NCBI GenBank assembly: GCA_037128175.1
Contig: JBAXWY010000007.1
Coordinates: 25,351 to 89,350, forward strand
DNA: 64,000 bases
Reading direction: 5' to 3'
From: Methanothrix sp.
GTDB lineage: Archaea > Halobacteriota > Methanosarcinia > Methanotrichales > Methanotrichaceae
Made by a program: the position numbers and the translations under genes
In this document: positions 8,971-18,647 of the stretch, one piece after another
Layout: each line of letters opens with the position of its first letter
How positions within the stretch are numbered: the stretch's first letter is position 1
The notes under the pieces: generated by a model
Told to the model about the DNA's origin: nothing
The model's database searches: none
The model's input: only the letters and a program-made list of their open reading frames with translations

Positions 8971-9577
8971 TTATGATCTCGTTTATGGCCGCGACGGCGA
9001 TGGGAGTGCCTCCGCGCGTGCCTGCCGTAGATATGGACGGTACATCGATCTCTCTTAGTCTCTCCTTGCTTTCCGCTGCATTGACAAAGCCCACGGCAGC
9101 GCCTATGACCAGTCGCGGCAAGACCTTTCCCGACTCGATGAGGTCGCACAAGGTTAGCAGAGCGGATGGAGCATTTCCTATTACTATTATGGAGCCGGAG
9201 AGCTTCTCCTGCAAGGCCATGACCCCGGCTGAGGTGCGGGTAATACCCTGCGCCACCGCGATCGCATCTCCCTGGCCGATGAAGGCCTCAATGAGGCTAG
9301 TATGCCCCTTCTTTAAAACCCCCGCTTGCACCATCTTTATGTCCACGAAAATGGGCGCACCCATCTTCAGAGCCAGCAGGCCTGCCTCGCCGGGCCGGTC
9401 ATGAAATCTTAAAATCTCGGCCACGCTGGGATCACCGGTTGCAATGACGCATCTCTGCTTGATCCGATCTTCCAGTGTGCCGTCTCCAATCATCTCCGAA
9501 ATGATCCGCCTGCTCTTTCTGCTTATTTCCAGGGCCTCGGGGGTTGTAGCCCCAATATCCGTGTAATCTTCCATCAT
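8945..9577 (-). CDS. cbiC: Precorrin-8X methylmutase
   Basis: TRTSAG, IGNAPSAL, VGFVNAAESK, RGGTPIAVAAIN. Confidence 0.93.
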   Translation of the reverse strand: MMEDYTDIGATTPEALEISRKSRRIISEMIGDGTLEDRIKQRCVIATGDPSVAEILRFHDRPGEAGLLALKMGAPIFVDIKMVQAGVLKKGHTSLIEAFIGQGDAIAVAQGITRTSAGVMALQEKLSGSIIVIGNAPSALLTLCDLIESGKVLPRLVIGAAVGFVNAAESKERLREIDVPSISTAGTRGGTPIAVAAINEIINAYARAMH

Positions 9578-9598
9578 GGGAAATCAGCTCGAATGACT

Positions 9599-10990
9599 CT
9601 AGTAGCTGTATTTGCTCTCATATCCTCGTTTGGTGATTATCCTTCCTTCTTCAATGTAGGAATTGGCTGAGGCGACCAGAAGTGTGTTGCGAAAACCGGC
9701 CGGCTTGGCGGCCAACAGATCCTCTGCTGTGAGAATCATAGTATTTTCTCCCTCTCGGGCCACATCCTGGGCCAAAACAACTGGCCTCATCGGATCGACC
9801 TCTTCCAGCAGATGGGCAATTTCCTGCCCTTTTACATTGTAGGCCACCACGGCAAAGCCGGCACCTGCCAGCGCTGAAAGGCTTGCCGGATCATGGGCCG
9901 AGGAGAGTAGGGCGAAGTCGTTAACCAGCGGCGCGCCAGCTCTTGCGGCCACAGAGGAAAAAGCGCTCACTCCGGGAGAGATGTGCACGGGCAGATCGGC
10001 CTGATCCAGGATTCTCCAGCCGGAGCTGAAGATGCAGGGGTCGCCGCCCGTGAGGATGGATGCCTTGCCGCCGGCCCCGGCAACCTGGACTGCTTCTTTT
10101 TGGCGGGCGGCCATTCTCTCCGGGCAGGGGCCGCTGTGAGTGACCTTCTGGGCAGAAGTGAGATCCCCAATCAATTGCAGGTATCTATTTGCACCGTAGA
10201 TCTTCTGCGAGTCTTGTAAGATACTCAGAGCTTCCTGGGTCAGGTTGCCGGGATCGCCCGGGCCGATGCCCACCAGGTTTATGGCTGCCTGCGGGGCTGC
10301 CTTTCCTCGGAAAGTGCCCCGGCCAAGGATGATGACCAGGGAGGTCATATTGATCCTCTCTCGCAGGCTTTCTTCCGCCAGCAGCTTTTCTGAGCTGGTG
10401 TAAAAGATCTCTTCTGCATCGCGACCGACGTTTTTTGCCACCAGGACATCTCTGGGCCCGCAAATGTCTAAAGCTCGTAGGAGCTGCCAGTCTCGCCTCT
10501 TGCTTTTGGGATTGTAGAGAGCCACAGGCATCTGTGTCTTTGCAGCCAGGCGTAGGCGCCCTTCGATCTCTGACCAGGGTGTGAGCAGATCGCTGAGGCT
10601 GATCACGGCCACGCACTCCCGGAAGGCCAGACCAGCGTGGCAGGAAGCTGCGGTAAACGAGGTGACTCCGGGCACAATCTCGACCGCAAAAGGCCGTTTG
10701 GCCAGCTCCAGGCCGAGACCGGCCATGCCGTAGACATTGGGGTCCCCGCTGCTCACCAGGGCTACCGACCCCTTTTCCTGGAGGTCAACCGCTGCTGCGA
10801 CTCTATCCACCTCTTTTCCCATGCTGCTGGAGAAGACCTGCTTTCCCGGCAAGAGATCGCTGATCAGTTCCAGATAAGGTTTGTAGCCGACCACGAAGTC
10901 TGCCGAGAGGATGGCCCGCGTTGCGGCAGCGGTGCGAAGCCTGGGCGAACCGGGGCCGATGCCCACGATGGATAGTTTGTGTCTACTCAC
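9599..10990 (-). CDS. cbiH: Precorrin-3B C17-methyltransferase with two tandem methyltransferase domains
   Basis: VGIGPG/SSGDPNVYG/SLSDLLTPW/LYNPKS in the N half; a second VGIGPG/GGDPCIF in the C half; C-terminal ITKRGY; start set at GTG 10990. Confidence 0.85.
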   Translation of the reverse strand: MSRHKLSIVGIGPGSPRLRTAAATRAILSADFVVGYKPYLELISDLLPGKQVFSSSMGKEVDRVAAAVDLQEKGSVALVSSGDPNVYGMAGLGLELAKRPFAVEIVPGVTSFTAASCHAGLAFRECVAVISLSDLLTPWSEIEGRLRLAAKTQMPVALYNPKSKRRDWQLLRALDICGPRDVLVAKNVGRDAEEIFYTSSEKLLAEESLRERINMTSLVIILGRGTFRGKAAPQAAINLVGIGPGDPGNLTQEALSILQDSQKIYGANRYLQLIGDLTSAQKVTHSGPCPERMAARQKEAVQVAGAGGKASILTGGDPCIFSSGWRILDQADLPVHISPGVSAFSSVAARAGAPLVNDFALLSSAHDPASLSALAGAGFAVVAYNVKGQEIAHLLEEVDPMRPVVLAQDVAREGENTMILTAEDLLAAKPAGFRNTLLVASANSYIEEGRIITKRGYESKYSY

Positions 10991-11879
10991 CGATGGCAAC
11001 TGTTACCCTCCCGTAGGCTTTCTTGGCAAAAATGAGCTTTGTGGCCAGGGCCAGGACGGACGGCTCGGCCACGCCGTTAAGGCCCAGGTCGCGGGCCCGG
11101 GAAGGGGTGCCTGGTGCTTGAGAATTGAGCGCCTCCTTTGAGAGGCAAATCATTTCTTTCCCCAAAATGCCGGCTGCCTGCAACATGCCCTCTTCCTCGC
11201 TCTTCAGCCAGGCGGTGGCCAGGATGGCGATCTCCTCGCGCCTTCTGCCTGTCTCTTTTAGTGCTTCATCAATGGCCTGCAGCACTTCCGAAGCAGAGAC
11301 GCCCTTTCTGGCGCCGATCCCGATAACCAGGCCCTTCGTTTTCAAGACGGCCACATCCTCATCCACTACTACAATCTTGGGCCCCTTCAGCCTTAAAACG
11401 GGAACATCTTCTTTGAGGAAGGCCAGGTTGACGGCTTTGGAGGACTCTTTGTTGACGACGGTGGCGTTAAGGCGCGTTGCCATCTCTTCCAGGCAGGGCC
11501 GGCCGGAGGTGTCGGTGGCGGTGGTGACGGCGGCAAAAAGGCCCAGGCCGGCGGCAAGGAAGCGGGCCATTTCATTGGCTCCGTGATGTCCTCCCACAAC
11601 TGGCACGGCACAGGAGAGAGAGGAATCTACGGCCACCACGGGCCGGTCCGTCCACTTATCCATAAGGCGAGGGCAAAGCATTCGCACAACGATTCCTACC
11701 GCCATGACCGCTATCAATAGCTCATATCTCTCCAGCATCATCTCCAATTTCTCTTTCTCGTAAAGGATAATGGTAGGAGAGTAGCGCTCCTGCAAAGCTT
11801 CGGCTATCTTCTCCGCTTTCTCCCTGTCCCTGGAAAAGACAAGAATGGCTACTGATTTTTGTGCTACCGATCTCTGTAT
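10983..11879 (-). CDS. cbiG: Cobalt-precorrin-5A hydrolase (start uncertain)
   Basis: [47 protein letters not shown]. The frame stays open 28 codons upstream of the TTG at 11795. Confidence 0.88.
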   Translation of the reverse strand: MQRSVAQKSVAILVFSRDREKAEKIAEALQERYSPTIILYEKEKLEMMLERYELLIAVMAVGIVVRMLCPRLMDKWTDRPVVAVDSSLSCAVPVVGGHHGANEMARFLAAGLGLFAAVTTATDTSGRPCLEEMATRLNATVVNKESSKAVNLAFLKEDVPVLRLKGPKIVVVDEDVAVLKTKGLVIGIGARKGVSASEVLQAIDEALKETGRRREEIAILATAWLKSEEEGMLQAAGILGKEMICLSKEALNSQAPGTPSRARDLGLNGVAEPSVLALATKLIFAKKAYGRVTVAIGE

Positions 11880-12574
11880 AGGTGAGACCTCCGAAATCCG
11901 GTTCTTGTCACCACGCCGCCCACCAAGATGAGGGCGCTCTTGCTTATGCCTGCCGCCTCTACCTTTTGAGCGATATCAGCCAGGGTTCCCTGCAGCACTA
12001 TCTCATCCGGCCAGGAGGCATGATAGACCACGGCGACAGGTGTGTCGCCGGGGCGGTCCAGGTTATCGACAATGTCTCGTATCTTATCGATGCCCAGGAA
12101 TATGGCCATAGTAGTATTATGTCGGCTTAGAGCGGCCAGTTCGTCCTTCTCCAGGGTGGTGCCGGCGGGCCGGGTCACAATCAAGGACTCTGATACTCCT
12201 TTCAGAGTGAGCTGCGTTTTCAATGCCGCAGCCGAGGCAAAGAGGGAGGAGACGCCGGGCACGACCTCCACCTCCACACCCGCTTCTTCCAGCGGCTTCA
12301 TCTGCTCGAGTATAGCGCCGTAAAGCGACGGATCGCCGCTGTGCAGCCGCACCACCTTCCGGCCCTCCTCTAGGGCAGCGATGATGCGGGCCGTGGTCGC
12401 CTCCAGGGAGACGCCGTTGCTGTCCAGCGTCTCCGCCTTCAGTCCTTCCAGGAGAGCGGGATTGACCAGAGAGCCGGCATAAACCACCAGGTCCGCCTCC
12501 GCGAGCAATCTTTTGCCCTTGACGGTGATGAGATCCACATCTCCTGGGCCCGCTCCCACAAAGTACAGCTTCAT
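11864..12574 (-). CDS. cbiF: Precorrin-4 C11-methyltransferase
   Basis: [40 protein letters not shown]. Confidence 0.93.
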   Translation of the reverse strand: MKLYFVGAGPGDVDLITVKGKRLLAEADLVVYAGSLVNPALLEGLKAETLDSNGVSLEATTARIIAALEEGRKVVRLHSGDPSLYGAILEQMKPLEEAGVEVEVVPGVSSLFASAAALKTQLTLKGVSESLIVTRPAGTTLEKDELAALSRHNTTMAIFLGIDKIRDIVDNLDRPGDTPVAVVYHASWPDEIVLQGTLADIAQKVEAAGISKSALILVGGVVTRTGFRRSHLYRDR

Positions 12575-13179
12575 CTCCGCCTCCGGGCTAAGAGAACGGA
12601 AAAGTAGTCGCTTTTTTCCGGCATCTTATCTCGGATGATCCTCTCCTGGGGCGTGCAGAGCATCGTTCCCAGCACAAATTCATCAAAACCCCTGGCACGA
12701 AGCTCTTCGGCCAGCTTCTTTGGTCGGGTGGCCTTTATCCTGATGACCGTTTGCAGAGGCGAGCCGTCCGAGACCTCAAAGGATCCTTCCAGGGGAGCGG
12801 CAAAGCGCGAGGCGAGGGTGGGCACCACGCCTACTCCAGGAATGGTCTCTATCTCAATCTGGGGATGGTGCTGCCGGATCACCCTATCCAGGTGGCTGAA
12901 GGTGGAGAAGGTATTGACATCCCCAATGCAGGCAAAGCCAGCGCAACCCTCGGCAGCCGCCGTCGCTACTGTGTCGGCATTCTTGCGCCAGATTTTCTCC
13001 AGCTCCTCTTTATCCTCAATCATGGGAAACTGCAAGATCTCTGGTTCGCAGTAGGCCCTGGCCAGCTCTGCCGCCATCTCTCCCGGCACAAAGACCTTTG
13101 TGCAACTCTTCAGGGCTGCTGCTGCCTTAAATGTCATAAGCCCCGGGTCTCCCGGGCCAAGGCTGATGCCAATCAACAT
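12571..13179 (-). CDS. cbiL: Cobalt-factor II C20-methyltransferase
   Basis: [29 protein letters not shown]; operon position. Confidence 0.88.
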   Translation of the reverse strand: MLIGISLGPGDPGLMTFKAAAALKSCTKVFVPGEMAAELARAYCEPEILQFPMIEDKEELEKIWRKNADTVATAAAEGCAGFACIGDVNTFSTFSHLDRVIRQHHPQIEIETIPGVGVVPTLASRFAAPLEGSFEVSDGSPLQTVIRIKATRPKKLAEELRARGFDEFVLGTMLCTPQERIIRDKMPEKSDYFSVLLARRRR

Positions 13180-13685
13180 TTACCAATCACCATGAAGATG
13201 GGGTTCACCGGTCTTAGAGCAATGTCTCCCCCTAAATCGTAGCCCCTTGCGATATGAATCTGGATAAGCTCCTGGAATATACCAGCTTCTTTCATCAGCT
13301 GCGCCAGCCGGGCGGCTATGCCCAGGCGGGCCAGGTCGGCCACAATTATGCAGCCGGGGGCTGCCTTCTTCAGGAGCAGAGGCAAGAAATCATCGATGCC
13401 GCGTGTGCCGCCGATAAAACATCGGTCCACATCGGGGAGGCCGGGCAGAAGGGCGGCCGCCTCGCCCAGGGAAAAATTTCCCCCCGGGACCTTTGACCGG
13501 CACATCTGCACCGCCTCATCTCGGCGATCGAGGCCGAAAATTTTATCGGTGTAGCGAGAGGCGGCCAGGGAGACGGCCCCCGAGCCGCAGCCGATGTCCA
13601 GGAAGACCTGGGCCCGCTGTATGTCCAGCTTTCCCATGGCGATGGAGATGTTCTCCACTTGCGTCGCCGTGCCCGGAAGCTTCAT
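13173..13685 (-). CDS. cbiT: Precorrin-6B C15-methyltransferase (decarboxylating)
   Basis: SAM motif LDIGCGSGAVS, FIGGT, PVNPIF; start set at ATG 13685. Confidence 0.85.
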   Translation of the reverse strand: MKLPGTATQVENISIAMGKLDIQRAQVFLDIGCGSGAVSLAASRYTDKIFGLDRRDEAVQMCRSKVPGGNFSLGEAAALLPGLPDVDRCFIGGTRGIDDFLPLLLKKAAPGCIIVADLARLGIAARLAQLMKEAGIFQELIQIHIARGYDLGGDIALRPVNPIFMVIGKC

Positions 13686-14000
13686 GGTTCTAGTGGAAAC
13701 GCGGGCTGGCATAAAAGGTTAATGCAAGTAAACTTTGCTGGAGTTAAATTAAGTGAATCCTCATTTGGGCACAACTATTACGATTTTTTTCATACTTTCT
13801 TTTTCCTGTTCGACTTTTTTTCTCTTTTTTATCGTAATACCCCACGTCTACGCGGTGAGATAAGAGCATATTAATCCGTTTTTGGGAATGATCCTCTACA
13901 TGTTTCCGTTTTATGCAGCTTCAAAATGCGTTATCGAATTATAGAAATAAATATATATGCGTGGCTTCAACCATTGCAAGAACATTTTAGGATGATATTT

Positions 14001-15068
14001 ATGACGCAATCGAATAAATTCGTAAAGGAAGGGAATAGTCATTATGATAATCGAAATTATACTGAAGCCCTAAAATCCGCTAAAGCAGCCATCAAGGCAA
14101 ATGAACAAGACAAGAACGCTTGGCTATTGAAAGGTAAATCCTTGCGGGAAATGGGCCGCTACCATGACGCAATTGAGTGCTTCAACGAATCAATAAAAAT
14201 AGATCGGAGATTTGATGATGCCCATTTAGCGAATTGTGCTGCATATTTAGCTTTGCGCGATTATAAAAAAGCAGATAATTGTGCAGATGAAGCTCTCAAA
14301 ATACATCGTGACTCACCATATGCTCTAAACTGGAAGGGCTTTGTTACCTATAGAGAAAAACGATATTCCACTGCAATATCATATTACGAAAAGGCTACTC
14401 GGCTTCTCAAAGGCAAAAAAATAGCAAATATTTGGTGTAATAAGGGACTTGTATATTTGGCCCTAAAGCGAAATAATGAAGCTGTTGATTGTTTTGCCAC
14501 TGCGTTCCTTTTAGACAAAAACGATGCGGGATCTAAAATGGGTATGGTAAACTTCTTTTTAGAAAATGGAGATAATGACCGGGCTGATAAAAATCTTGCT
14601 GAAGCTCTTAATATCGATCATGATTATGTATATGGATTCTGGATTAGCGGTGGTGTTTCTCTTGTTCAGAAAGAAAAATATGTTGAGGCAGTGAACTATT
14701 TTGATAAAGCAATTGCATCAGATTCTTTCTTTAAGCCATTAGCTTTAATAAATAAAGGCTGTATATATTTAAATGAGGCTAAATATAACGAATCAATCGA
14801 TTGTTTTGATTCCGCTCTAAATGAGAAATCCAATTATTCTGCACTCGCATTAATCTGTAAATGCAGTGCATTATATAAATTAAATAGGCTTCAAGAAGGA
14901 AAGGACTGTTATCATAGTGCTCTGCAATTGAATAACGATTTAGATTTTGCTGATTCGAGCGATCTCATTTACAAATCAGAGGTAGGTGTCTTGGTTTTTT
15001 TTGATGCTTATGATTTACGTGCCATAGAAAAATTGACAAAAGAATTGCAGGAAATTTTCAAGGAGTGA
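14001..15068 (+). CDS. Tetratricopeptide-repeat protein, AT-rich
   Basis: Repeated W-x-x-KG...Y-x-x-A...F-x-x-A helices; sampled 60-mers are 30-33% GC. Confidence 0.85.
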   Translation: MTQSNKFVKEGNSHYDNRNYTEALKSAKAAIKANEQDKNAWLLKGKSLREMGRYHDAIECFNESIKIDRRFDDAHLANCAAYLALRDYKKADNCADEALKIHRDSPYALNWKGFVTYREKRYSTAISYYEKATRLLKGKKIANIWCNKGLVYLALKRNNEAVDCFATAFLLDKNDAGSKMGMVNFFLENGDNDRADKNLAEALNIDHDYVYGFWISGGVSLVQKEKYVEAVNYFDKAIASDSFFKPLALINKGCIYLNEAKYNESIDCFDSALNEKSNYSALALICKCSALYKLNRLQEGKDCYHSALQLNNDLDFADSSDLIYKSEVGVLVFFDAYDLRAIEKLTKELQEIFKE

Positions 15069-15130
15069 GATTTCAATCGATGAAAGCCATGAACTCGTAT
15101 TGGTCGTCGGTTAAGGGCTATTTATTATTT

Positions 15131-15176
15131 TGAATACCCTCGCAGCTCCCCTGCGCGGGTGCGCCGCCGCCGTTTC
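15131..15176 (+). repeat. Hairpin-containing dispersed repeat, copy 1
   Basis: tgaataccctcgcagctcccctgcgcgggtgcgccgccgccgtttc; last 26 bp identical to 38011-38036. Confidence 0.85.
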
Positions 15177-15184
15177 TCTCTCTT

Positions 15185-15724
15185 CTATTCCTCTGTAGCC
15201 GGATCTTCCTCCTGGCCGTCGCCTTCCCCGGCGAGATCGAAGTATCCGGAGATGCGCACGATGTCCAGCCGGGAGATCCGATAAGCTCCCCCCTTTCTAT
15301 CCAGAGGCGGGTTGATCTCAATATCCCGCAGGGAGAGGCCCGTCTCTCCGGCGTTGTATCTCTGGAAGATCTGCCCCCAGGGGACCAGGTATGCGCTTCG
15401 CGCTTTTCCCGCGCCGTAGCGTAGCTCCACCGCCAGGATGCCCTGCCTTCCCGAGCGGGTGATGAAATCAGTCTCGCGTGTCATCTGATGGGCTCCGGCG
15501 GCCAGGCTGAAGTGCTGCTTGAAGTAGAGCGACTTTGTCTTTCGTGCATCCAGGCTTTTGCATTCGATGGCCAGATAATACTCGGGAATCTTGGAGTCCA
15601 CCAGTATGTCCATAAACTGGCCGGTGAAGCGCGATTGCTTGAGCCGGTAGGCTATGGCGGCGATGCCGTCTTTTTCAAAGAATGAGTTGAGAGCGCTCAC
15701 CAGCGCCCACTCGAAGTCTCCCAT
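15185..15724 (-). CDS. PD-(D/E)xK nuclease, archaeal Holliday-junction-resolvase-like
   Basis: DFEWALV...MDILVDS...LAIECKS. Confidence 0.7.
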   Translation of the reverse strand: MGDFEWALVSALNSFFEKDGIAAIAYRLKQSRFTGQFMDILVDSKIPEYYLAIECKSLDARKTKSLYFKQHFSLAAGAHQMTRETDFITRSGRQGILAVELRYGAGKARSAYLVPWGQIFQRYNAGETGLSLRDIEINPPLDRKGGAYRISRLDIVRISGYFDLAGEGDGQEEDPATEE

Positions 15725-15866
15725 TGTGTGTTGTTTTATACTGATCTCTAAAAATATCTTTTCCTCTGATTACTTTCGCTCCGCACCCATTCCTCTCCTT
15801 TAATTACCTGGCAAAGAATCCATTCCGGTGCGCTCTGCTGGGGGCAGTATGGTAGTAGGAAGGACT

Positions 15867-16055
15867 ATGTGGGACTTTGTTATTGAGGCATTTCAAACGC
15901 CGGGCATCGGCGTTATCCTCGTAGCTCTGCTTATCCTATTTGAACTTATATTGATACTGATATTATTATTGGTGCATAACGGCCTCATCGACATAAAATT
16001 CAGCTACGGCAGCCTGGGTCTGGAGCTGCACCAATTAGCGGCCCTGGTGGCATGA
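15867..16055 (+). CDS. Small single-TM membrane protein
   Basis: ATG after ggaagga; 25-residue hydrophobic run. Confidence 0.45.
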   Translation: MWDFVIEAFQTPGIGVILVALLILFELILILILLLVHNGLIDIKFSYGSLGLELHQLAALVA

Positions 16056-16063
16056 GACTAAAT

Positions 16064-16218
16064 GGTTCTTCGCCATTTTCTTCTTTGGTGGAAACGTCGT
16101 TAGCCGCTGGTTATAACCAATGGCGGACGATACTACCACCACCGTTAGACACAGAGCGCGAGGGAGGACTCACAGAGGACTCGATTATTCTATTACCAGC
16201 TAGAAACCGCGAGGAACC
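16064..16218 (+). mobile_element. MITE-like palindromic element, copy A
   Basis: Imperfect terminal inverted repeats ggttcttcgccatttt / gaaaccgcgaggaacc; 16087-16218 aligns closely with 55606-55735. Confidence 0.7.
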
Positions 16219-16257
16219 GAAAAAACTTAAAGTACCTTGCAGAAAGAAGCAGATCTC

Positions 16258-16413
16258 ATGGATATTGAGGAGATCGCCAGGAAGTACTGCATGCGGGATC
16301 TGAAGCCCATCGCCAAGAAATACGGCATTGGAACACGTCGCGTAAAGATAATAGACATCATCAAGGCATTTCCGCCCGAGGCGCTGGCGGAGCTGACGGG
16401 CGAGAAGCAATAA
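16258..16413 (+). CDS. Small basic 51-aa protein
   Basis: MDIEEIARKYCMRDLKPIAKKYGIGTRRVKIIDIIKAFPPEALAELTGEKQ; host-like codons; ends 13 bp before thyA. Confidence 0.7.
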   Translation: MDIEEIARKYCMRDLKPIAKKYGIGTRRVKIIDIIKAFPPEALAELTGEKQ

Positions 16414-16426
16414 GTGGGAGTTTTTC

Positions 16427-17092
16427 ATGGCAAGACTGGGCAGATTCATTCGGGCGAGAACCATCTCCGATGCCTGGCAGCGTGGGCTTAACCTCATCTG
16501 GCGGCAGGGAGCAGAGATCACTGATGAGAGGGGCACCAGGATTAGGGAGCTCTTATCTTTGCAGGTGGTAGTGGAGGATCCCTATCAAGAGATGATTCCT
16601 TCTGAGTACTCCTGGAATGAGGAGCGTCTGGAAGAGTACGCCCAGCAGCTTTTGTCCGGCAATAATCCCGGTTTTGAGTACACCTACGGCGAGCGCCTGC
16701 GTGCCTGGTCTCTGCCGGGCGTGCCCGCATTGGACCAGATCGAGCAGGTCATCTTGCGGCTCAAGGCCTCGGCCAATACCCGTCGCGCCACGGCCGTAAC
16801 CTGGATAGTGCCCGTAGATGCCTGCAAAGATGAGGTTCCCTGCATGATTGTGGACGACTTCAAGCTGCGCGATGGGCGCCTGCATCTATCCATCTTCTTT
16901 CGCAGCCATGATTTTGCTGGAGCCTATCCCGCCAATCTCTACGGTCTGGCCAGGCTGCTGCAATACGTCAGCCTTGAGGTAGGCGCAAAGCCTGGATCGA
17001 TCTCCACCACCAGTGCCTCAGCGCACATCTACGAGCACGACTGGGACTTTGTGGAGAAGATGCTGCTGGGGACGGGATCGGAGGAGATTTGA
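16427..17092 (+). CDS. thyA: Archaeal thymidylate synthase
   Basis: FEYTYGERL, TRRATAVTW, catalytic VPC, FFRSHDFAGAYPAN, SAHIYE. Confidence 0.9.
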   Translation: MARLGRFIRARTISDAWQRGLNLIWRQGAEITDERGTRIRELLSLQVVVEDPYQEMIPSEYSWNEERLEEYAQQLLSGNNPGFEYTYGERLRAWSLPGVPALDQIEQVILRLKASANTRRATAVTWIVPVDACKDEVPCMIVDDFKLRDGRLHLSIFFRSHDFAGAYPANLYGLARLLQYVSLEVGAKPGSISTTSASAHIYEHDWDFVEKMLLGTGSEEI

Positions 17093-17094
17093 GA

Positions 17095-17180
17095 GGTTCC
17101 TCGTTGTTTCGGGTGGGTAACCAGCGGCTAACGACGTTTCCACCACAGAGACACAGAGCGCACAGAGGACGCACAGAGAA
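17095..17180 (-). mobile_element. MITE-like element, copy C (inverted, internally deleted)
   Basis: Reverse complement contains ggtggaaacgtcgttagccgctggtta (identical to copy A) joined to gaaacaacgaggaacc; carries four CACAGAG sub-repeats. Confidence 0.65.
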
Positions 17181-17259
17181 CGCTAAAAAATCGGAGTGTC
17201 CATAATAACCCAATGGCACCGCAAAGAATATCTGCTATTATCGATTTCTCCCTTCGTTT

Positions 17260-18282
17260 ATGGTCGATAGCCTCTTAATGATCAAGGCCGAGGAGATCCT
17301 GGAAAAGATCGAGCAGGGCAAACCGGTAGAGTACGAGAACGTCATCATCTACGGGGACCTGGATCTGCACCGCCTGGACCTGCCCTTTAATAAAAATAAG
17401 CTTAAGATCATAAAATCAATAATAAAAATCGAATACTCGGTCATCAAGGGCGATGTCTTCTTCGATCACGCTGCCTTCTTTGGGCTGGTGGACTTTGACG
17501 GCACCTCTTTCACCAAGGCGGCCAACTTCTCAGGCTCTCATTTTCAGGGTGATGCCGGATTTTCCGATGCACAGTTTCAGGTGGAGGCCAACTTCACCCG
17601 GGCCCACTTTGCCATCGATGCCAATTTTTCCCGCGCCAAGTTCAATGATGCCGACTTTGGCCGGGCGAGGTTCGAGAAATATTTTCACCTGGCCAATGCC
17701 AAGGTGTACACATTGAATCTGTCCGATGCCGTCTTCTCGGAAGGATCAAGCATCCACCTCAAGGACTTCAATTTTAACCGCATTGCGGTGCGCTGGAATT
17801 CCATTAAGGAGCACATTCCCTATAACGGCTCGGTGTACCTGACGCTCACCAAAAACTTCAGGAACCTGGAGCAGTTCGAGGATCAGGACGACTGCTATTA
17901 CCAGTACCGAAAAGCTAAGCAGGAGCGCTCGCACAAGACTTTTCCCAAGCTCTTCGATCGTATGGCCTGGATCTCCTGCGGCTACGGGGTGCGCCCCTCT
18001 CATACTATCCTGCTGAGCGTGGCCATTATTCTCCTCTTCGCGGGCGTCTTCTGGGCAGGAAACGCTCTGCAGCCGGACGGCGTGGATACGCACTCGCAAG
18101 TAAAGGCGAGCGTATCGCCCAACGATGCTTTTTACTTCAGCAGCATGGAGTTCTTAGGCAAGACCCCCCAGAATTTCAGCATCATCGAGGGCTATGAGGT
18201 CCTGACGGTGATAGAGACGCTGCTGGGGTGGCTGCTCATGGCTCTCTTCCTGGTGACACTCAGCCGGGTTATGCTGAGGTAA
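17260..18282 (+). CDS. Pentapeptide-repeat protein with two-TM ion-channel-like domain, no signal peptide
   Basis: A-x-F repeats, SCGYGVRP, FYFSSMEFLG, C-terminal TM; paralog of 2242-3735. Confidence 0.82.
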   Translation: MVDSLLMIKAEEILEKIEQGKPVEYENVIIYGDLDLHRLDLPFNKNKLKIIKSIIKIEYSVIKGDVFFDHAAFFGLVDFDGTSFTKAANFSGSHFQGDAGFSDAQFQVEANFTRAHFAIDANFSRAKFNDADFGRARFEKYFHLANAKVYTLNLSDAVFSEGSSIHLKDFNFNRIAVRWNSIKEHIPYNGSVYLTLTKNFRNLEQFEDQDDCYYQYRKAKQERSHKTFPKLFDRMAWISCGYGVRPSHTILLSVAIILLFAGVFWAGNALQPDGVDTHSQVKASVSPNDAFYFSSMEFLGKTPQNFSIIEGYEVLTVIETLLGWLLMALFLVTLSRVMLR

Positions 18283-18288
18283 GATTAC

Positions 18289-18495
18289 TTAGCTATGTGC
18301 AGCCTGCATTATGCCGATCTCGGACATTTCCGTTGCTGCCAAAGTCTCCTGTTCTTCGATCTTCTTGAGGATGATGGTCCCATCCCCGAGCTGGTCCACG
18401 GCGATTTTGTCACCCGGCAGCAGATGCAGTCCGTATCTGATGGCAAGAGGGAGCTGAATTCTGCCGTTGGTATCAATATTGGTAATCAAACCCAA
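18289..18495 (-). CDS. AbrB/MazE/SpoVT-family DNA-binding protein
   Basis: IDTNGRIQLPLAIRYGLHLLPGD. Confidence 0.75.
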   Translation of the reverse strand: MGLITNIDTNGRIQLPLAIRYGLHLLPGDKIAVDQLGDGTIILKKIEEQETLAATEMSEIGIMQAAHS

Positions 18496-18647
18496 TTCAC
18501 CCGAGCCGTTGGTCTAGCTCCTGGTTTATAAAAGACTTATTTTGAGATGAGGTTCATATGAGGGCTGGGGAGAAGAACTGAACGAGATCGTCGGTTAAAG
18601 TGGAATGCCCCCTGGCGCGAGGGGCCCGTGGGCAGAATTGGGGACTC

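Noticed and set aside
13713-13925. Cobalamin riboswitch upstream of cbiT; 9-bp inverted repeat tattacgat/atcgtaata (13776-13839)
   Set aside because: No B12-box motifs. The inverted repeat is short and spans a simple T tract, so chance cannot be excluded.
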